From Paraspadella gotoi (lineage: Eukaryota > Animalia > Chaetognatha), in NCBI GenBank assembly GCA_051294375.1, contig CM119267.1:1460268-1524267 (forward strand): a stretch of 64,000 nt of DNA, read 5' to 3'. Under the pieces are notes generated by a model. It saw nothing but the letters and a program-made list of their open reading frames with translations, had not been told where the DNA came from and did not search any database. The number at the start of each line of letters is the position of its first letter. Positions within the stretch are counted from its first letter, which is position 1. Shown here piece after piece: positions 25,975 through 38,679 of this stretch. A program made the translations under genes and the position numbers.

Positions 25975-27841
25975 TACCATTATCTCTGCAAAAAATCTCT
26001 CTCGCGCGCGAAAGAGCGCGAGAGAGAGAACGAGAGACGCGCGACGAATCGGCTTCTGTGATTGGTCGAGAAATCCGCAACGCGGCGCGATGATTGGTCG
26101 TAGTTTCTCCTGGGAGAGAGGGATAGATGAAGAGGATGGAGAGAAGAAAGTAGGACAGAAAGATAGAGAGAAGGATAGAAAGAAAGAGACGCGACTCGCG
26201 AATTCAACTTCTTTCGCTTCGAAGAAGAAAAAAAAAAATTTAAAAGAAAAAAAAAAAGTTGAATCGATACAAATTTTATTTCGGGGGGGAGAGGGAGATG
26301 GAGAGGAGGCGGAGAAAAAGGGGAGAGGAGAGGGAGGAGGGAAAGAAGGGGAGACGGGGAAGGGGGAAAAAGAGGGAAGAGGAAGAGGGAGGAGAGAAAG
26401 GAGAGCTGAGAGGGAGAGGAGAGGGAGAAAGGAGAGGGAGAATGGGGAAAAGGGGGCAGGGAAGAGGAGGAGGAAGAGAAAGGAGAGAGGGAGAGGAAGA
26501 GGGAGAGGGAGAGGGAAAGAAAAGGGGGAGACGGACCGGGAGGGGGAAAGAGGGAAGAGGAAGGGGAGGGGAGAGAACGGAGAGAGGGAGAGGAAGAGGG
26601 AAGGGAGGAGGAAAGAAAGGGGGAGAACACGGGGGAGGGGAAAGAGAGGGAGAGGGGAGAGCGAGAAAGAGAGAGGAAGAGGAGAGGGAGAAGGGAGGGA
26701 GAGGGGAAAAGGGGGAGGGAAGGGAGGAGGAAGAGAAAGGAGAGAGCAAGGGAGGAGGAAAGAAAAGGGAGAGAGGGAAGGGAGAGAAAGAGGGAGAGAG
26801 GGGAGAGGGAGGAGGAGAGAAAGGGGGAGACGGGAGAAGGAGAGAGAGATGGAAAGGGGAGACAGAGGGAAATGGGGAGAGGGAGAGGGAGAAGGAGAGA
26901 AGGGGAAAGAGGGAGAGAGAGGAGGGAGAGAAAGGGGGAGAGGGAGAAGGAAGGAGGGAGAGGGAGGAGGGAGAAAAGGGGGGAGAAGGAGGAGGGAGGA
27001 AGAGAGAGGGAGGAGGAGAAAAAGGGGCAGTGGAGAGGGAGGAGGGAGAGAAATTTGGGAGAGGGGGGGAGGGAGAGAAAGGGAGGGGAGGACATGAAAG
27101 ATGAGGGAGATAAATAGAATAAAAAAATATAAAAAAATAAATATATAAGTATATTTAAAAAAACAAAATAATAAAAAATTAAGGATTTAATGGAAAATTT
27201 AAAACAAAAAAATGTTTTCCGTCTGTGATTGAAGGATACAATCCGTTTTTGTTTTTAAGATTAAAATTAACTTCGATATTTTTTATTTTTTTTAGTTTTT
27301 CAGATCATGATGAAGTCCGTATCTTTCCCGTCGTGTCAACTTCCTTTCTCTCTCTCTCTCCTTCTCTCTCTCTCCTCTCTCTCTCTCTCTCTGCCCAAGC
27401 CTTTCATCTTCTCTTTGTAAACAAATTAACTTCTCTTTTGCTCATTTTTTTCTCATTCATCGCAAATCTGCAAAATCATTCGCAAAAATCAAATTTTTTT
27501 TGGGGAAAAAAAAAAAATCAACGTTTTTTTGAAAAATAAAGTCAACAAAAGATCATGAGTGCAACCTTGGTGGCGCAGGCGTCTAATGGGCGCTCCATGA
27601 CAAGCGAAAAAATGAATTGTTGAATGCTCTGGTAATATGATATGATATTATATAAATTTTTCAATTTTGATTTACTAGTCATTTTTTAAAAAAAATTCGG
27701 ATTTTAATGTTTTCTCAACTCATAAAAAACTGATTTACTGAACAGAAAAAAAAGTTTTGAATGAGTTTTTTTAGATTCAACGGAAATGGAATCTGAGATT
27801 TGGCAAACAGACATTTCGGTGCTGAGTATGGAAACATGGAG

Positions 27842-27877
<36 letters not shown>

Positions 27878-29900
27878 NNNNNNNNNNNNNNNNNNNNNNN
27901 NNGAGAGAGAGAGAAGGATGAGAGAGAGAGGAGAGAAGAGAGAGAGATTGAGAGAGAATGAGAGGAGAGAGAGAGAGTACCATTTCTCTGCAAAAAAATC
28001 TCTCTCGCGGGGCGCGAATGAGAGAACGAGAGAACGCGCGACGATCGGCTTCTGTGATTGGTCGAGAAATCCGCACGGGCGCGATGATTGGTTCGTAGTT
28101 TTCTCCCTGGGAGAGAGGGATTAGATGAAGAGGATGGAGAGAAGAAAGTAGGACAGAAAAGATAAGAGAGAAAGGATAGAAAGAAAGAGACGCGACTCGC
28201 CGAATTCAACTTCTTTCCTCGAAGAAGAAAAAAAAAAATTTAAAAGAAAAAAAAAAAAGTTGAATCGATACAAATTCTTATTTCGGGGGGGAGAGGGAGA
28301 TGGAGAGGAGGCGGAGAAAAAGGGAGAGGAGAGGGAGGTAGGGAAAGAAAGGGGAGACGGGGAAGGGGAAAAGAGAGGGAAGAGGAAGAGGGGAGGAGAG
28401 AAAGGAGAGAGGGAGTAGGAGAGGGAGAAAAGGAGAGGGAGAGGGGAAAAAAAGGGGGGAGGGAAGAGGGAGGAGGAAGAGAAAGGAGAGAGGGGAGGAA
28501 GAGGGAGAGGAGAGGGAAAGTAAAAGGGGGAGACGGGGGATGGGGGAAAGAGGGAAAGAGGAAGAGGGAGGGGAGAGAACGGAGAGAGGGAGAGGAAGAG
28601 GGAGAGGGAGGAGGAAAGAAAGGGGGAGAACACGGGGAGGGGAAAGAGAGGGAAGAGGGGAGAGGAGAAAGAGAGAGGAAGAGGGAGAGGGAGAAGGGAG
28701 GGAGAGGGGAAAAGGGGGAGGGAAAAGGGAGGAGGAAGAGAAAGGAGAGAGGCAGAGGGAGGAGGGAAAGAAAAGGGAGAGAGGGGAAGGAGAGAAAGAG
28801 GGGAGAGGGAAGGGAGGAGGAGAGAAAAGAGGGAGAGGGAGAAGGAGAGGGAGGAGGGAGAACAAAAATGGGGAGAGGGAGAGGGAGAAGGAGAGAAGGG
28901 GAAAGAGGGAGAGAGAGGAGGGAGAGAAAGGGGGAGAGGGAGAAGGAAGGAGGGAGAGGGAGGAGGGAGAAAAGGGGGGAGAAGGAGGAGGGAGGAAGAG
29001 AGAGGGAGGAGGAGAAAAAGGGGCAGTGGAGAGGGAGGAGGGAGAGAAATTTAGGGAGAGGAGGGGAGGAGAAAGGGAGGATAGGAACATAAGAAAAATG
29101 ATGAGGGAGATAAAAGAATATAAAAAATATAAAAAAATAAAATATATAAGTATATTTAAAAAAAACAAAATAATAAAAATTAAGGAATTTAATGGAAATT
29201 AAAAAAAAAAATGTTGTCTTATTGAAGATAAATCCAGTTTTTTGTTTTTAAGATTAAAATTAACTTCGAATTTTTATTTATTTTTAGTTTTTCGATTCAT
29301 GATGAGTCCTATCTTTCCCGTCGTGTCAATTCTCTCTCTCTCTCTCTCTCCCTCTCCTTCTCTCTCTCTCTCTCTCCCTCTCTCTCTCTCTGTCCTCTTC
29401 TCCCTCCTCCAAGCCTTTCATCTCTCTCTTTTGTAAATCAAATTAACTTCTCTTTTGCTCATTTTTTTTTCTCATTCATCGCAAATCTTGCAAACATCAT
29501 CGCAAAAATCAATTTTTTGTTGGGGAAAAAAAAAAACAACTTTTTTTAAAAATAAAGTCAACAAACAGATCATGAGCTGGCAACCATTGGTGGCGCAGGC
29601 GTCTCAATGGCGCGCTCCATGACAACGCGAAAAAATGAATTTTGAATCTCTGGTATATATGATATATATTAATAAATTTTTTCAATTTTGATTACTAGTC
29701 ATTTTTTAAAAAAAAATCGATTTTAATGTTTTCTCAAACTCATAAAAAACGATTTACTGACAGAAAAAAAAGTTTTGAAATGAAGTGTTTTTTAGATTCA
29801 CGGAAATGGAATCTGGAGATCTGCAAACAGACATTTCGGTGCTGAGTATGGAAACATGGAGAAAAATCTCTCCTTCTCTCTCTCTCTCTCTCGTCTCTCT
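25890..29900. repeat. ~2-kb tandem duplicate (25890-27877 vs 27903-29900) across a 25-N gap, containing a ~0.8-kb polypurine tract
   Basis: Colinear copies differing by indels; N25 at 27878-27902. Confidence 0.85.
26001..26105. promoter_or_regulatory. Candidate CpG-rich promoter module: two TGATTGGTCG (CCAAT boxes) 32 bp apart plus E2F-like GCGCGAAA
   Basis: ATTGG at 26061 and 26093; GCGCGAAA at 26006-26013; the CCAAT pair also appears in the duplicate (~28057, ~28087). No transcript evidence. Confidence 0.3.
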
Positions 29901-30739
29901 ACTCTCTCTCTCTTTCTCTCTCTCTCTTCTTTCTCTCTCCTCTCTCTCCTCTCTCATCTCTCTCTCTCTCTCTTTACAACATGATACTTCGTTGTCTCCG
30001 CAGATTTGTGTCGGACAATTACGGAAATTAAAGGAAAACCGAAGTCGGAAATTTGATTATGAAAAAAAAAGAAAAGACAAAAAGAAAAGAAAAAGAAAGA
30101 AAAAGACAAAAAGAAAAGAAAAAGAAAGAAAAAGACAAAAAGAAAAGAAAAAGGTGAAAAAAGACTAAAAGACAAAAAAGGAAAAAAAAACCCATCTCTT
30201 ATATTATTAATGTGCCAATTACGATTGTGGACTTCTGTAGAAGCTATATTTGATTTATTATGTCGACATTAAGTTGTTTCTTTCAGATATTTTCGTTTTA
30301 CATTTTTGGTCTTCCGATGTATTAACAAGAACCATGTTCCATGTCTAGGTATCCAAAGGTCTTATGATTATCGTCTTTCTGATTTAGTTGAAACTTCTCT
30401 CAATTTCTCTTTCTTCCGTCTCTCCCTTGTTTTGGGCAGCAAAGGTCATTCGTCGTTTGAATGAGTTTTCAAAGCAAAACAAAGAAACACGTGAGAGAAA
30501 ATTTTAAAAACGAAGATTTTTACGGAAAAACACGAAAAAACACGAAAAAACCAACTAAACAGTAAACAAAACAAAAGAAGAAAAGAAGAAAAGAAGAAAA
30601 GAAAAGAAAGATGACAACTTTTTGGGTCAAAGTTGTTTTGTTTGTTTTGTTGTTTTGGTGATCGACCTTCGCTTCGTCGTTGTCACGTTTCGCTGTTTCT
30701 TTTCTCTGATCCTTTCACCCTTTTCAAATTTCTGCTCGG

Positions 30740-31180
30740 ATTTTTCTGGGCCTCTTTTACGTGACCTTTTCTTGCCTCTTTCACATAGCCTTTTCTTGGC
30801 CTGTTTTATATGGCCCTTTTCTTGGCCTCATTCACTTGAATTTTTACTTGCCCTCTTTCACTTGATCCTTTTCTTGGCCTTTTTCAAATGGTCTTTTTCT
30901 TGGCTTCTTTCACATGAATTTTATTTTGACCTCTTTCACTTGATATTTTTTTAACCTCTTTTGCATGGCCTTTTTCTTGGCCTCTTTGATTTGGCGATTT
31001 TCTTGGCTTCTTTCACTTAGCATTTTCTTGGCCTTCTTCACTCTGCCTTTTTCTTGGCCTTTTATGTTGGTTGCCCTTTTATTTCCTTGTCTATTTTGGC
31101 CTCTTCTTTTGTTGCTCGGGAAATCAACACTTTTTGGCCTTTTCCCTTTGGCCTTTTCCCTTTGGCCTTTTCCCTTTGAC
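30740..31180. repeat. Degenerate ~25-bp tandem repeat (TTTTCTTGGCCTCTTTCACTTGA-like)
   Basis: TTTTCTTGGCC core recurs at ~25-bp spacing. Confidence 0.75.
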
Positions 31181-31829
31181 TCTTGCACAATTTGTTACTC
31201 TACAAATTATTCCGCTACACTTTCTACGTTTTTGAAAAGTTCGTCTTAATATTTAAATGCATTCTTTGCTTTTCTATGCCTTTATCTGCTTTTCTCTTTG
31301 ATCTCTAGCTCTGCTTTCTTTTTGTCTCTGCTTTCTTTTCGTCTCTGCTCTTCCATCTTTGTCTCTCAAAACGAATCTAAATCCGATGCCATAAAAAGAA
31401 GCAACAGAAGGAAATAACATTTGGCTACCAAAAATACAACAACAACAACAATAACTATACTTTTTAAAGAAAAAAAAATAACAAAAAAAAACAAAAGAAA
31501 CAAACAAACCAGTTTTGACGAAAAAAGGAAAAACATCACAAGTGAAAAAATGAGAAGACAAAATGAAAGGGAAAAAAAGGGAAAAAATGAGACAAAAAGG
31601 AGAGAAGGAAAAGTAAGAAGAGAAAATAGAAAGAAATTATTTTGTAGAATAAAGAAAAAATAAAAATAAAATGAGAACTTTTATAAAATTGGAAAAAAAA
31701 GAAAAAAAAATTAAAATTAAAAATAATAAAGATATAAAATGAAAGGATTCAAAACAGTATATTACATTTAATTCATATTAATCTTTATTTAGTTATTCTT
31801 AACACCTAAAATGTCAAAACCGAACCAAT

Positions 31830-32426
31830 TTTTAGTCGTGTAATCGTGCGAGTGAAAATTAGTTTAAATGAAAAAAAAATGTCTCATTTTCTTGAATATT
31901 TTTATTAATTTTAACCCATAATTACTCAAATTATTCATAATTGGATGGATAAAATGAGATTAAATTTTTTGTGTGGGTAGGAAAGTGTGTGATTGAGCAG
32001 AATATAAAGTTTAGATGGAATCGAGAAGTGGAAATGAGTTTGCATGAAAAAACCAAAGTCAAGTTGACTTGAAATTTTATTATTTAGGCTTACTCATAAA
32101 TGTTTTAATTAGTTAATTAATTGATTATTTAATTAAATTGAAAAAATGATTCAAGTAAAAAAAATTATGCAAGTGGAAAAATGGTGCAAGTTAAAAAAGT
32201 TATTAAAAAAAATAATGCCTGTTGTAAAAATGTTGCAGGTTGAAAAAAAAAAGAAAGTTGAAAAAATAATTGCAAGCGATTCACATGTATATGCGCATCC
32301 ATTGGTTTGGTATGGTACAATCTGTTAAGATCACAAATTGAAAGAATTATCGTCATTTATCATCAGATTAGCTTATTACCGCTTAATTATCGTAGGCAGA
32401 TCCGACATTGTTGGCTCAAACTTGTT
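31830..32426 (+). mobile_element. HINE/DINE-1-like element, 5'-degraded
   Basis: Internal ~130-bp repeat, 18-bp subrepeats (~32140-32280) and family 3' end GGCAGATCCGACATTGTTGGCTCAAACTTGTT. Confidence 0.7.
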
Positions 32427-32442
32427 TCTCTCTGACTAAAAA

Positions 32443-32640
32443 ATCACAACAACGATAACAACAACAACACAACAACAATAATAACAACGATAACAACAAT
32501 AATAACAACGATAACAACAATAATAACAACAATAACAACAATAACAACAATAACAACAATAACAACAATAACAAAAATAACAACAACAACAATAACAACC
32601 ACAATAACAACAATAACAACAACAACAACAAGAACAAAAC
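32443..32640. repeat. (AAC/AAT)n compound microsatellite
   Basis: Direct inspection. Confidence 0.95.
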
Positions 32641-32801
32641 AAAAGACACTTGAATCAAGACCGATTAATTTTCCCTCTCGCGGATCAGAAGTGTAAAAAC
32701 GTTTTCTAATTAAAATAAACATTGTTTTCTCGAATAAAAAACAACATTGTTTCGTTAAATCACAACTGGAAGTGTTGAAGCCGGTCATCGTCACGCCTGT
32801 C

Positions 32802-32865
32802 CGTCTGTCCCGGCGTCAGTCTGTCCCGGCGTCAGTCTGTCCCGGCGTCAGTTTGTTCCGGCGCC
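32802..32865. repeat. 16-bp GC-rich tandem repeat (GTCTGTCCCGGCGTCA) x~4
   Basis: Direct inspection. Confidence 0.85.
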
Positions 32866-33007
32866 GATTGAAGGATGAAACGTCATTCGGCTCTGAATGG
32901 AAAAATGAGGGAAAATGATGGGAAAAAAAGATGGAATCGAGAAAAAAAAGAAAAAAAAGAAAAAAAGAAAAAAAGAGAAAAAAAAGAAAAAAAAAGAAGA
33001 AAAAGAG

Positions 33008-33038
<31 letters not shown>

Positions 33039-33164
33039 AATAAGAGAAAAAGAGAAAAAAAAGAAAAAAATAAGAAAAGAGATAATGATTTTTTTTATTT
33101 CCTTTCAAGTAAAAAATCAGTCGAATGGAAAAAAATTCAAGGGACAAAAAATGAAGCGAAATGG

Positions 33165-33598
33165 AATCGAATGAAATGAATAAGGATGAAATGAATAAGA
33201 ATGAAATTAATGAGGAAGAAATGAATAAGAATTAATTGAATGAGGATGAAATGAATAAGAATTAATTGAATGAGGATGAAATGAATAAGAATGAAATGAA
33301 TGAGAATGAAATGAATTAGAATTAATTGAGTGATTATGAAATGAATAAGAATTAAATGAATGAGGATGAAATCAATAAGAATTAATTGAATGAAGAATTA
33401 ATTGAATGAGAATGAAGTGAATAAGAATGAAATGAATGAGGATGAAATGAATAAGAATTAATTGAATGAGGATGAAATGAATAAAAATGAAATGAATAAA
33501 ATTAATTGAATGAGGATGAAATGAAAAAGAATAAAATGCATGAGGATGAGATGAATAAGAATGAATTGAAGGAGGATTAAATGAATAAGAATGAAATG
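33165..33598. repeat. (AATGA)n-derived 15/30-bp minisatellite
   Basis: Repeats of GAATGAGGATGAAATGAATAAGAATTAATT. Confidence 0.9.
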
Positions 33599-34034
33599 GG
33601 GATTTTCTCCTTCGGTTTCACAAGTAATTCGCGTAACGAATCACGAATCACTGAGGTGCAAATCCTCTGCCTGGTGAGCACCCGCACTACCGGCTCAGTG
33701 ACTCCTTGGTGGGAAGAGACGGAAACGTGGCCACTGGCCAATGGTTCTTTGCCGTCTCTGCTTAGTCCCCGGTGCGACTATGGTGGGTGGCGGAGGGTCT
33801 TCCCCAGCAGTTGAATGCAATCAGGGTTGAAAAAATGACTAAAAATAATTTTAAAAAACAGTTTAGAATTATTGTAAAATGGAAATAAAATTTATAAATG
33901 ATTCAGTCTTGATTGGTTGAAACTTTTGAATTGAACAAATTAAGAAATAAACAAACATAACAAAACAACATAACATAACAAAATACAAAACAAAGCAACA
34001 AAGAATTGATTAATTTTTTTGAGGGTCATCGACT

Positions 34035-34100
34035 TAAAGACCGACAAGTAAAGACCGGCAAGTAAAGACCGACAAGTAAAGACCGACAAGTAAAGACCGC
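34035..34100. repeat. 14-bp tandem repeat (TAAAGACCGACAAG) x~4.5
   Basis: Direct inspection. Confidence 0.85.
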
Positions 34101-34336
34101 CGCTCGATTCCCTTTTACCCAACAACCAAACGATTTCCTAATTTGTCAGCAACGAGAGAAAAGTAAACATCGATTGTAGTTTCAGGTCAACAAAAAACTC
34201 AAAATGAAAACAAACAAACGTCAAACGAAAACAAACAAAAGACAAACGAAAACAAACAAAAGTCAAACGAAAATTGATCCGCTGAGATAAGAATTTTTTT
34301 TTTTTACTTCGCTCTTGACAATTTGATTTTGACGCC

Positions 34337-34439
<103 letters not shown>

Positions 34440-34826
34440 ACTTTAAAAGCTTTTATCAATTTATTTAAAAGCCAAATGGCGAAATAAAAAAAAAATATTT
34501 TCTATGCGTCTTTTTCGTTATGATTTACGATCGAACTTTTGCGGTTTGAAGATTTTCGCTTTTTCGAAAAATCATAATTTTTCGCATTTTTGGTCAAAGA
34601 GATATTGATATTATAATAGATATCAAAATATATCAATAGATATCAATATAATAATAGATATTGATAATGATATTGAAAAACTAAAGTGCGAGCTTCAGGC
34701 TAGGACTTTAAACTGCCCTAAAAAACTACCTTATTTTATCATTTGTAAGTATTAATAGTTTTTTGAGTTTTCATAAATGGTACTGAACAACTGATCAATT
34801 CGAATTTTCTAGTGGAAAATAGGCAT

Positions 34827-35425
34827 TAAGGCGTAGTAAAATTTCTAAATTTAACTTTAATTAAAATTCTAAAAGTGAGTAACGAACAACATTATACTAA
34901 TGAACATTTATGTAATAAATATTTATACTAGTACTAAACCAATAAATGTTAAAATGTCAAAACAGTTTTTTTGAAGATTTTTTTGCAGATTTGGATTCAT
35001 CATAAAAAGTTGATAAAAAGAAATATAACTCTTTTTAAAATATAACTTCATTAAGTGGGTCAAAAATTAAAAAAATCTATATTTTAAGCTGAAAATTAAC
35101 TTTTTATATATCAAATATAGTTTTTTTAATTTTTAACCCACTTAATGAAAGAATTATTTATATATTTAATATATAAAATAAATATATATAATTAATTATA
35201 TTTTCTTTTGTCAACTTTTGACGAGGAATTCAAATCTGCAATCAAAATTAAGAAAAGCCTATTTTAAAATTTTTCGTTTTTAAAAGGATAGTATTATATA
35301 TAAATATAGCCTACAGTTAAAATTAAAAAAAAAAATTAATTTTTTTTACAAATTAATGTTTACTGATGGTATGTTGTTCATAATTGTCTTTTAGAATTTT
35401 TGTATGCAACTTTCACTACGCCTTA
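34827..35425. mobile_element. Non-autonomous DNA transposon/MITE, hAT-type (599 bp)
   Basis: 15-bp TIRs TAAGGCGTAGT(A/G)AAA at both ends; perfect 8-bp TSD ATAGGCAT (34819-34826 / 35426-35433); AT-rich non-coding interior with an imperfect internal palindrome. Confidence 0.92.
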
Positions 35426-36124
35426 ATAGGCATGGGCTCTTTCTAACTCACAATTCAAGCAGACATTTTTGTTGGAAACCCGATCCCACCCCAACAAGCG
35501 TTCTATTGGTGATACAATATTAATCGCAATGTTATTGATAATACTATCAAATAAAGAGTTAGTTTTTATAATTCGTTTTATTATTTGTACCGATATGTTT
35601 TGTATGTTTTGTACGTATTTTGTACGTGTACGTGTACGTGTACGTGTTTTGTACGTATTCGGTAGGTGGGATCATGCTGGCAGCATCCATGGCAATATTT
35701 TGATCTATATGAATAGGAAACTTATGAGAGATTTTAATTGCTCGTAATTGTAAATTATCAAATTTTTCCCAGTGATAAGAACCAGCAGATAAAAAACATG
35801 GTGATGAATATAAAAGCAATGAAACTACCAGTGATGAAAATAGTTGATGAAATGTTCGTTTTAATTACATTTCAAATCTTTTTGTAGATGAAAACTTTAA
35901 AGCGGAAATTATATTTAGCTTTTCCTACTTTTTCTGCATTTTGTATATTGAGTGATAATAATGATAATTTAATGTATCATCGCAGGAAATGGACCAGTAG
36001 ATGGAACTTCCTTCGTTGGTATTATATTACAATAAAAATCGCAAATCGCCTACAAAGAAATTTTCTGTGCCATTTAAACGTTGGTCTCTCTTAGATTTAT
36101 ATCGCGTATCTCACGGGTTTAATA

Positions 36125-36237
<113 letters not shown>

Positions 36238-36354
36238 AAGTGAGACAGAGATATAAAGAGAGAGAGGGAGTGGGAGCTAGTTTTTCGAAATTTACGAGGC
36301 CCAGAAATTCGTAACGGAGCGAAAAAATCTTTTTCGGCTTTTTACTCACTTATT

Positions 36355-36890
36355 TCTTGAGTCATGATTTGATGGATAGATTGGATTGAAATTTTGTGTG
36401 TGGGGAGGGAAGTGTGTGATTGAGCTGTATATGAAGTTTCGATGGAATCGTCTAAGTGGAAATGAGTTTAAATGGAAAAACAAAAAAATATATTTCACTA
36501 TTTGAACACCAATTACTCATGAGTGGATGGGGCGATTGAATTGAAATTTTGTATGTGGGTGGGAAAGTGTGTGATTAAACTAATTTACTAATTGATTATG
36601 CTTCTTTTTCTCTTTATTTTAAATGTAAAAGCAAGATGTATTAATTAATTAAATAATTAATCAGTTAATTAATCAATTAGTCAATTAATTAATCAATAAT
36701 CAATTAATCAGTCAATTAATCAATAAAAACAACCATTTCGGATCAAATTAATTAATTGCCAAATTAATTTAATAATTAACCTGAATAAATTAATTATTAA
36801 TTAATTAAATAATTAATAACTTGAATTAATTATTAATTAATTACCGATAATGATCGTGGGCAGATCCGACATGGTTTGCTCAAACTTGTT
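36355..36890 (+). mobile_element. HINE/DINE-1-like element, 5'-truncated
   Basis: Colinear with ~41390-42015 including the 3' terminus GGGCAGATCCGACATGGTTTGCTCAAACTTGTT. Confidence 0.75.
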
Positions 36891-37491
36891 TATTCTCGAC
36901 GCATTTCTAAGAAATGAAAAATGGCGGAGGTGGATTAATAGGAGCAGAGAGCGGGGGTAGCGGAGGAGTCTTAAAAGGAGCCGAGTTCAAAGAGCCAAGC
37001 CTCTTCCNNNNNNNNNNNNNNNNNNNNNNNNNNNNNNNNNNNNNNNNNNNNNNNNNNNNNNNNNNNNNNNNNNNNNNNNNNNNNNNNNNNNNNNNNNNNN
37101 NNNNNNNNNNNNNNNNNNNNNNNNNNNNNNNNNNNNNNNNNNNNNNNNNNNNNNNNNNNNNNNNNNNNNNNNNNNNNNNNNNNNNNNNNNNNNNNNNNNN
37201 NNNNNNNNNNNNNNNNNNNNNNNNNNNNNNNNNNNNNNNNNNNNNNNNNNNNNNNNNNNNNNNNNNNNNNNNNNNNNNNNNNNNNNNNNNNNNNNNNNNN
37301 NNNNNNNNNNNNNNNNNNNNNNNNNNNNNNNNNNNNNNNNNNNNNNNNNNNNNNNNNNNNNNNNNNNNNNNNNNNNNNNNNNNNNNNNNNNNNNNNNNNN
37401 NNNNNNNNNNNNNNNNNNNNNNNNNNNNNNNNNNNNNNNNNNNNNNNNNNNNNNNNNNNNNNNNNNNNNNNNNNNNNNNNNNNNNNNNNNN

Positions 37492-37523
<32 letters not shown>

Positions 37524-38153
37524 ACAGACGACGCAACCCCTCGGAGGAGCAGGAACTCACGCGCGGATCTCGTGAATCATGTGAAGTTCACCGAAGTCCG
37601 GGCAACAACGCGGGCAGGAAAGAAAAGAAAGATCGGGCGGGAAAGATAGAAAGAGAGACAGAAGGGGGAAAAGAAAGACGATTCGAAAGTTGGACAGGTG
37701 AACTTTCTCTCTCTTGCCTGAAAAAAAAATGTGAAGGGGAAGAAGAAATATTTTTTTCACGAAACAAAAACAAAATAAAAAAAAACGACGAAAAGAAAAC
37801 TGTGAAAAAACAAAAACAAAAAACAAAAAACAAACAGAAAAAAAAACACAACGAATTAATGAAAAAAGTGAACTTCTTTTTTTTGGTAACGTAACTTTCT
37901 CCCTAATCAGGTGACTCTTCGTCTCGGAGTCAAAGTTACTTTGAATTTTATCATCGATGAACAAAATTGAACATAATTGAACCAACAAGTGATCAAACTA
38001 TTTGGTGAACAAATTTTCTGAACGAATCAATCAATCAATCAATAAACGGAATTAGCGAACAGGGGAACAAGTCAAAAAGAATTTACGTTTTAAAAACTCG
38101 ACTGAAAGAGAGAGAGAGAGAGCGAATCGACTAACGAGCCGACAACAACCAAG

Positions 38154-38327
38154 ATGAAGACGTTGTTGTCGTCGTCGTCTTCGTCGTCGTCGTCGCGTTT
38201 CTTCATCGTCTACCTCATCGTCGTCGTCGGCGTCGCTTCCCTCCCGGAAATGGCAGAGGCCGTCATCCATAAAATGACGGCGTTTCAAGGACAAGACGCC
38301 ATCTTGCGTTGCCCGAGATTGACGCAG
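38154..38327 (+). CDS. Ig-superfamily cell-surface protein, first coding exon (signal peptide + start of V-type Ig domain)
   Basis: ATG at 38154 gives MKTLLSSSSSSSSSRFFIVYLIVVVGVASLPEMAEA-VIHKMTAFQGQDAILRCPRLTQ: a hydrophobic signal peptide ending A-x-A, then the Ig A'/B-strand motif G-x-x-A-x-L-x-C. Ends CAG|GTTTGG in phase 0, matching the next exon. Confidence 0.8.
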
Positions 38328-38600
38328 GTTTGGGGGGGGGGTGAGGGAGTGGGGGAAGGAAAGAGAATAAGGTGAGGTAAAGTAAGGAAGATAAAAATGA
38401 ACAGTCGGAGAAAGGGGAAATAATATTCGTGTTAGAAAAGAGAGTTAGGATTTGAGAAAGAAAAAAGGGTGAGTTGATCAAAATATTTAGGAAAAAAGTG
38501 AGACTTAATTTGATCAGATAAATAAGTGAAAACATTGTTGAGTCTGTAGTCGGGCATTGCCTCGGTTCACCCCGCCTATAAGCATGCCACTGTCAGTTGT

Positions 38601-38672
38601 GACCCGGTTGCTCATTGAGTAAAGCCATCAGCTCATGACCACTAGGTACCGGGTTCAATCCCAACCCGGTAC
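38601..38672 (+). promoter_or_regulatory. tRNA-derived segment (Pol III A/B-box-like) inside the LTR; also at 42367-42438 (-) and 42771-42842 (-)
   Basis: GACCCGG-T(G/T)GCTCATTGAGTAAAGC-CATCAG-CTCATGA-CCACT-AGGTA-CCGGGTTCAATCCC-AACC(T/C)GGTAC: ~72 nt with tRNA spacing, A-box-like TGGCTCATTGAG, B box GGTTCAATCCC and CT-CAT-GA at the anticodon position. The anticodon and T stems are broken, so it is not a functional tRNA. TATAAG lies ~24 nt upstream. Confidence 0.7.
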
Positions 38673-38679
38673 CTAGCGT

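Noticed and set aside
25980-29202. G/E/R-rich or L/S/P-rich ORFs of 200-370 aa (and similar ORFs at 3140-4400, 5466-6113)
   Set aside because: Translations of polypurine/polypyrimidine tracts; the frames are not conserved between duplicate copies.
37528-38153. 5' UTR exon starting at TTCACAG| after a (CT)n tract
   Set aside because: Plausible, but microsatellite-adjacent AGs are abundant here and nothing independent supports it.
38601-38672. Functional tRNA-Met gene
   Set aside because: The anticodon stem and outer T stem do not pair and the acceptor stem has mismatches; it is part of a repeated LTR.
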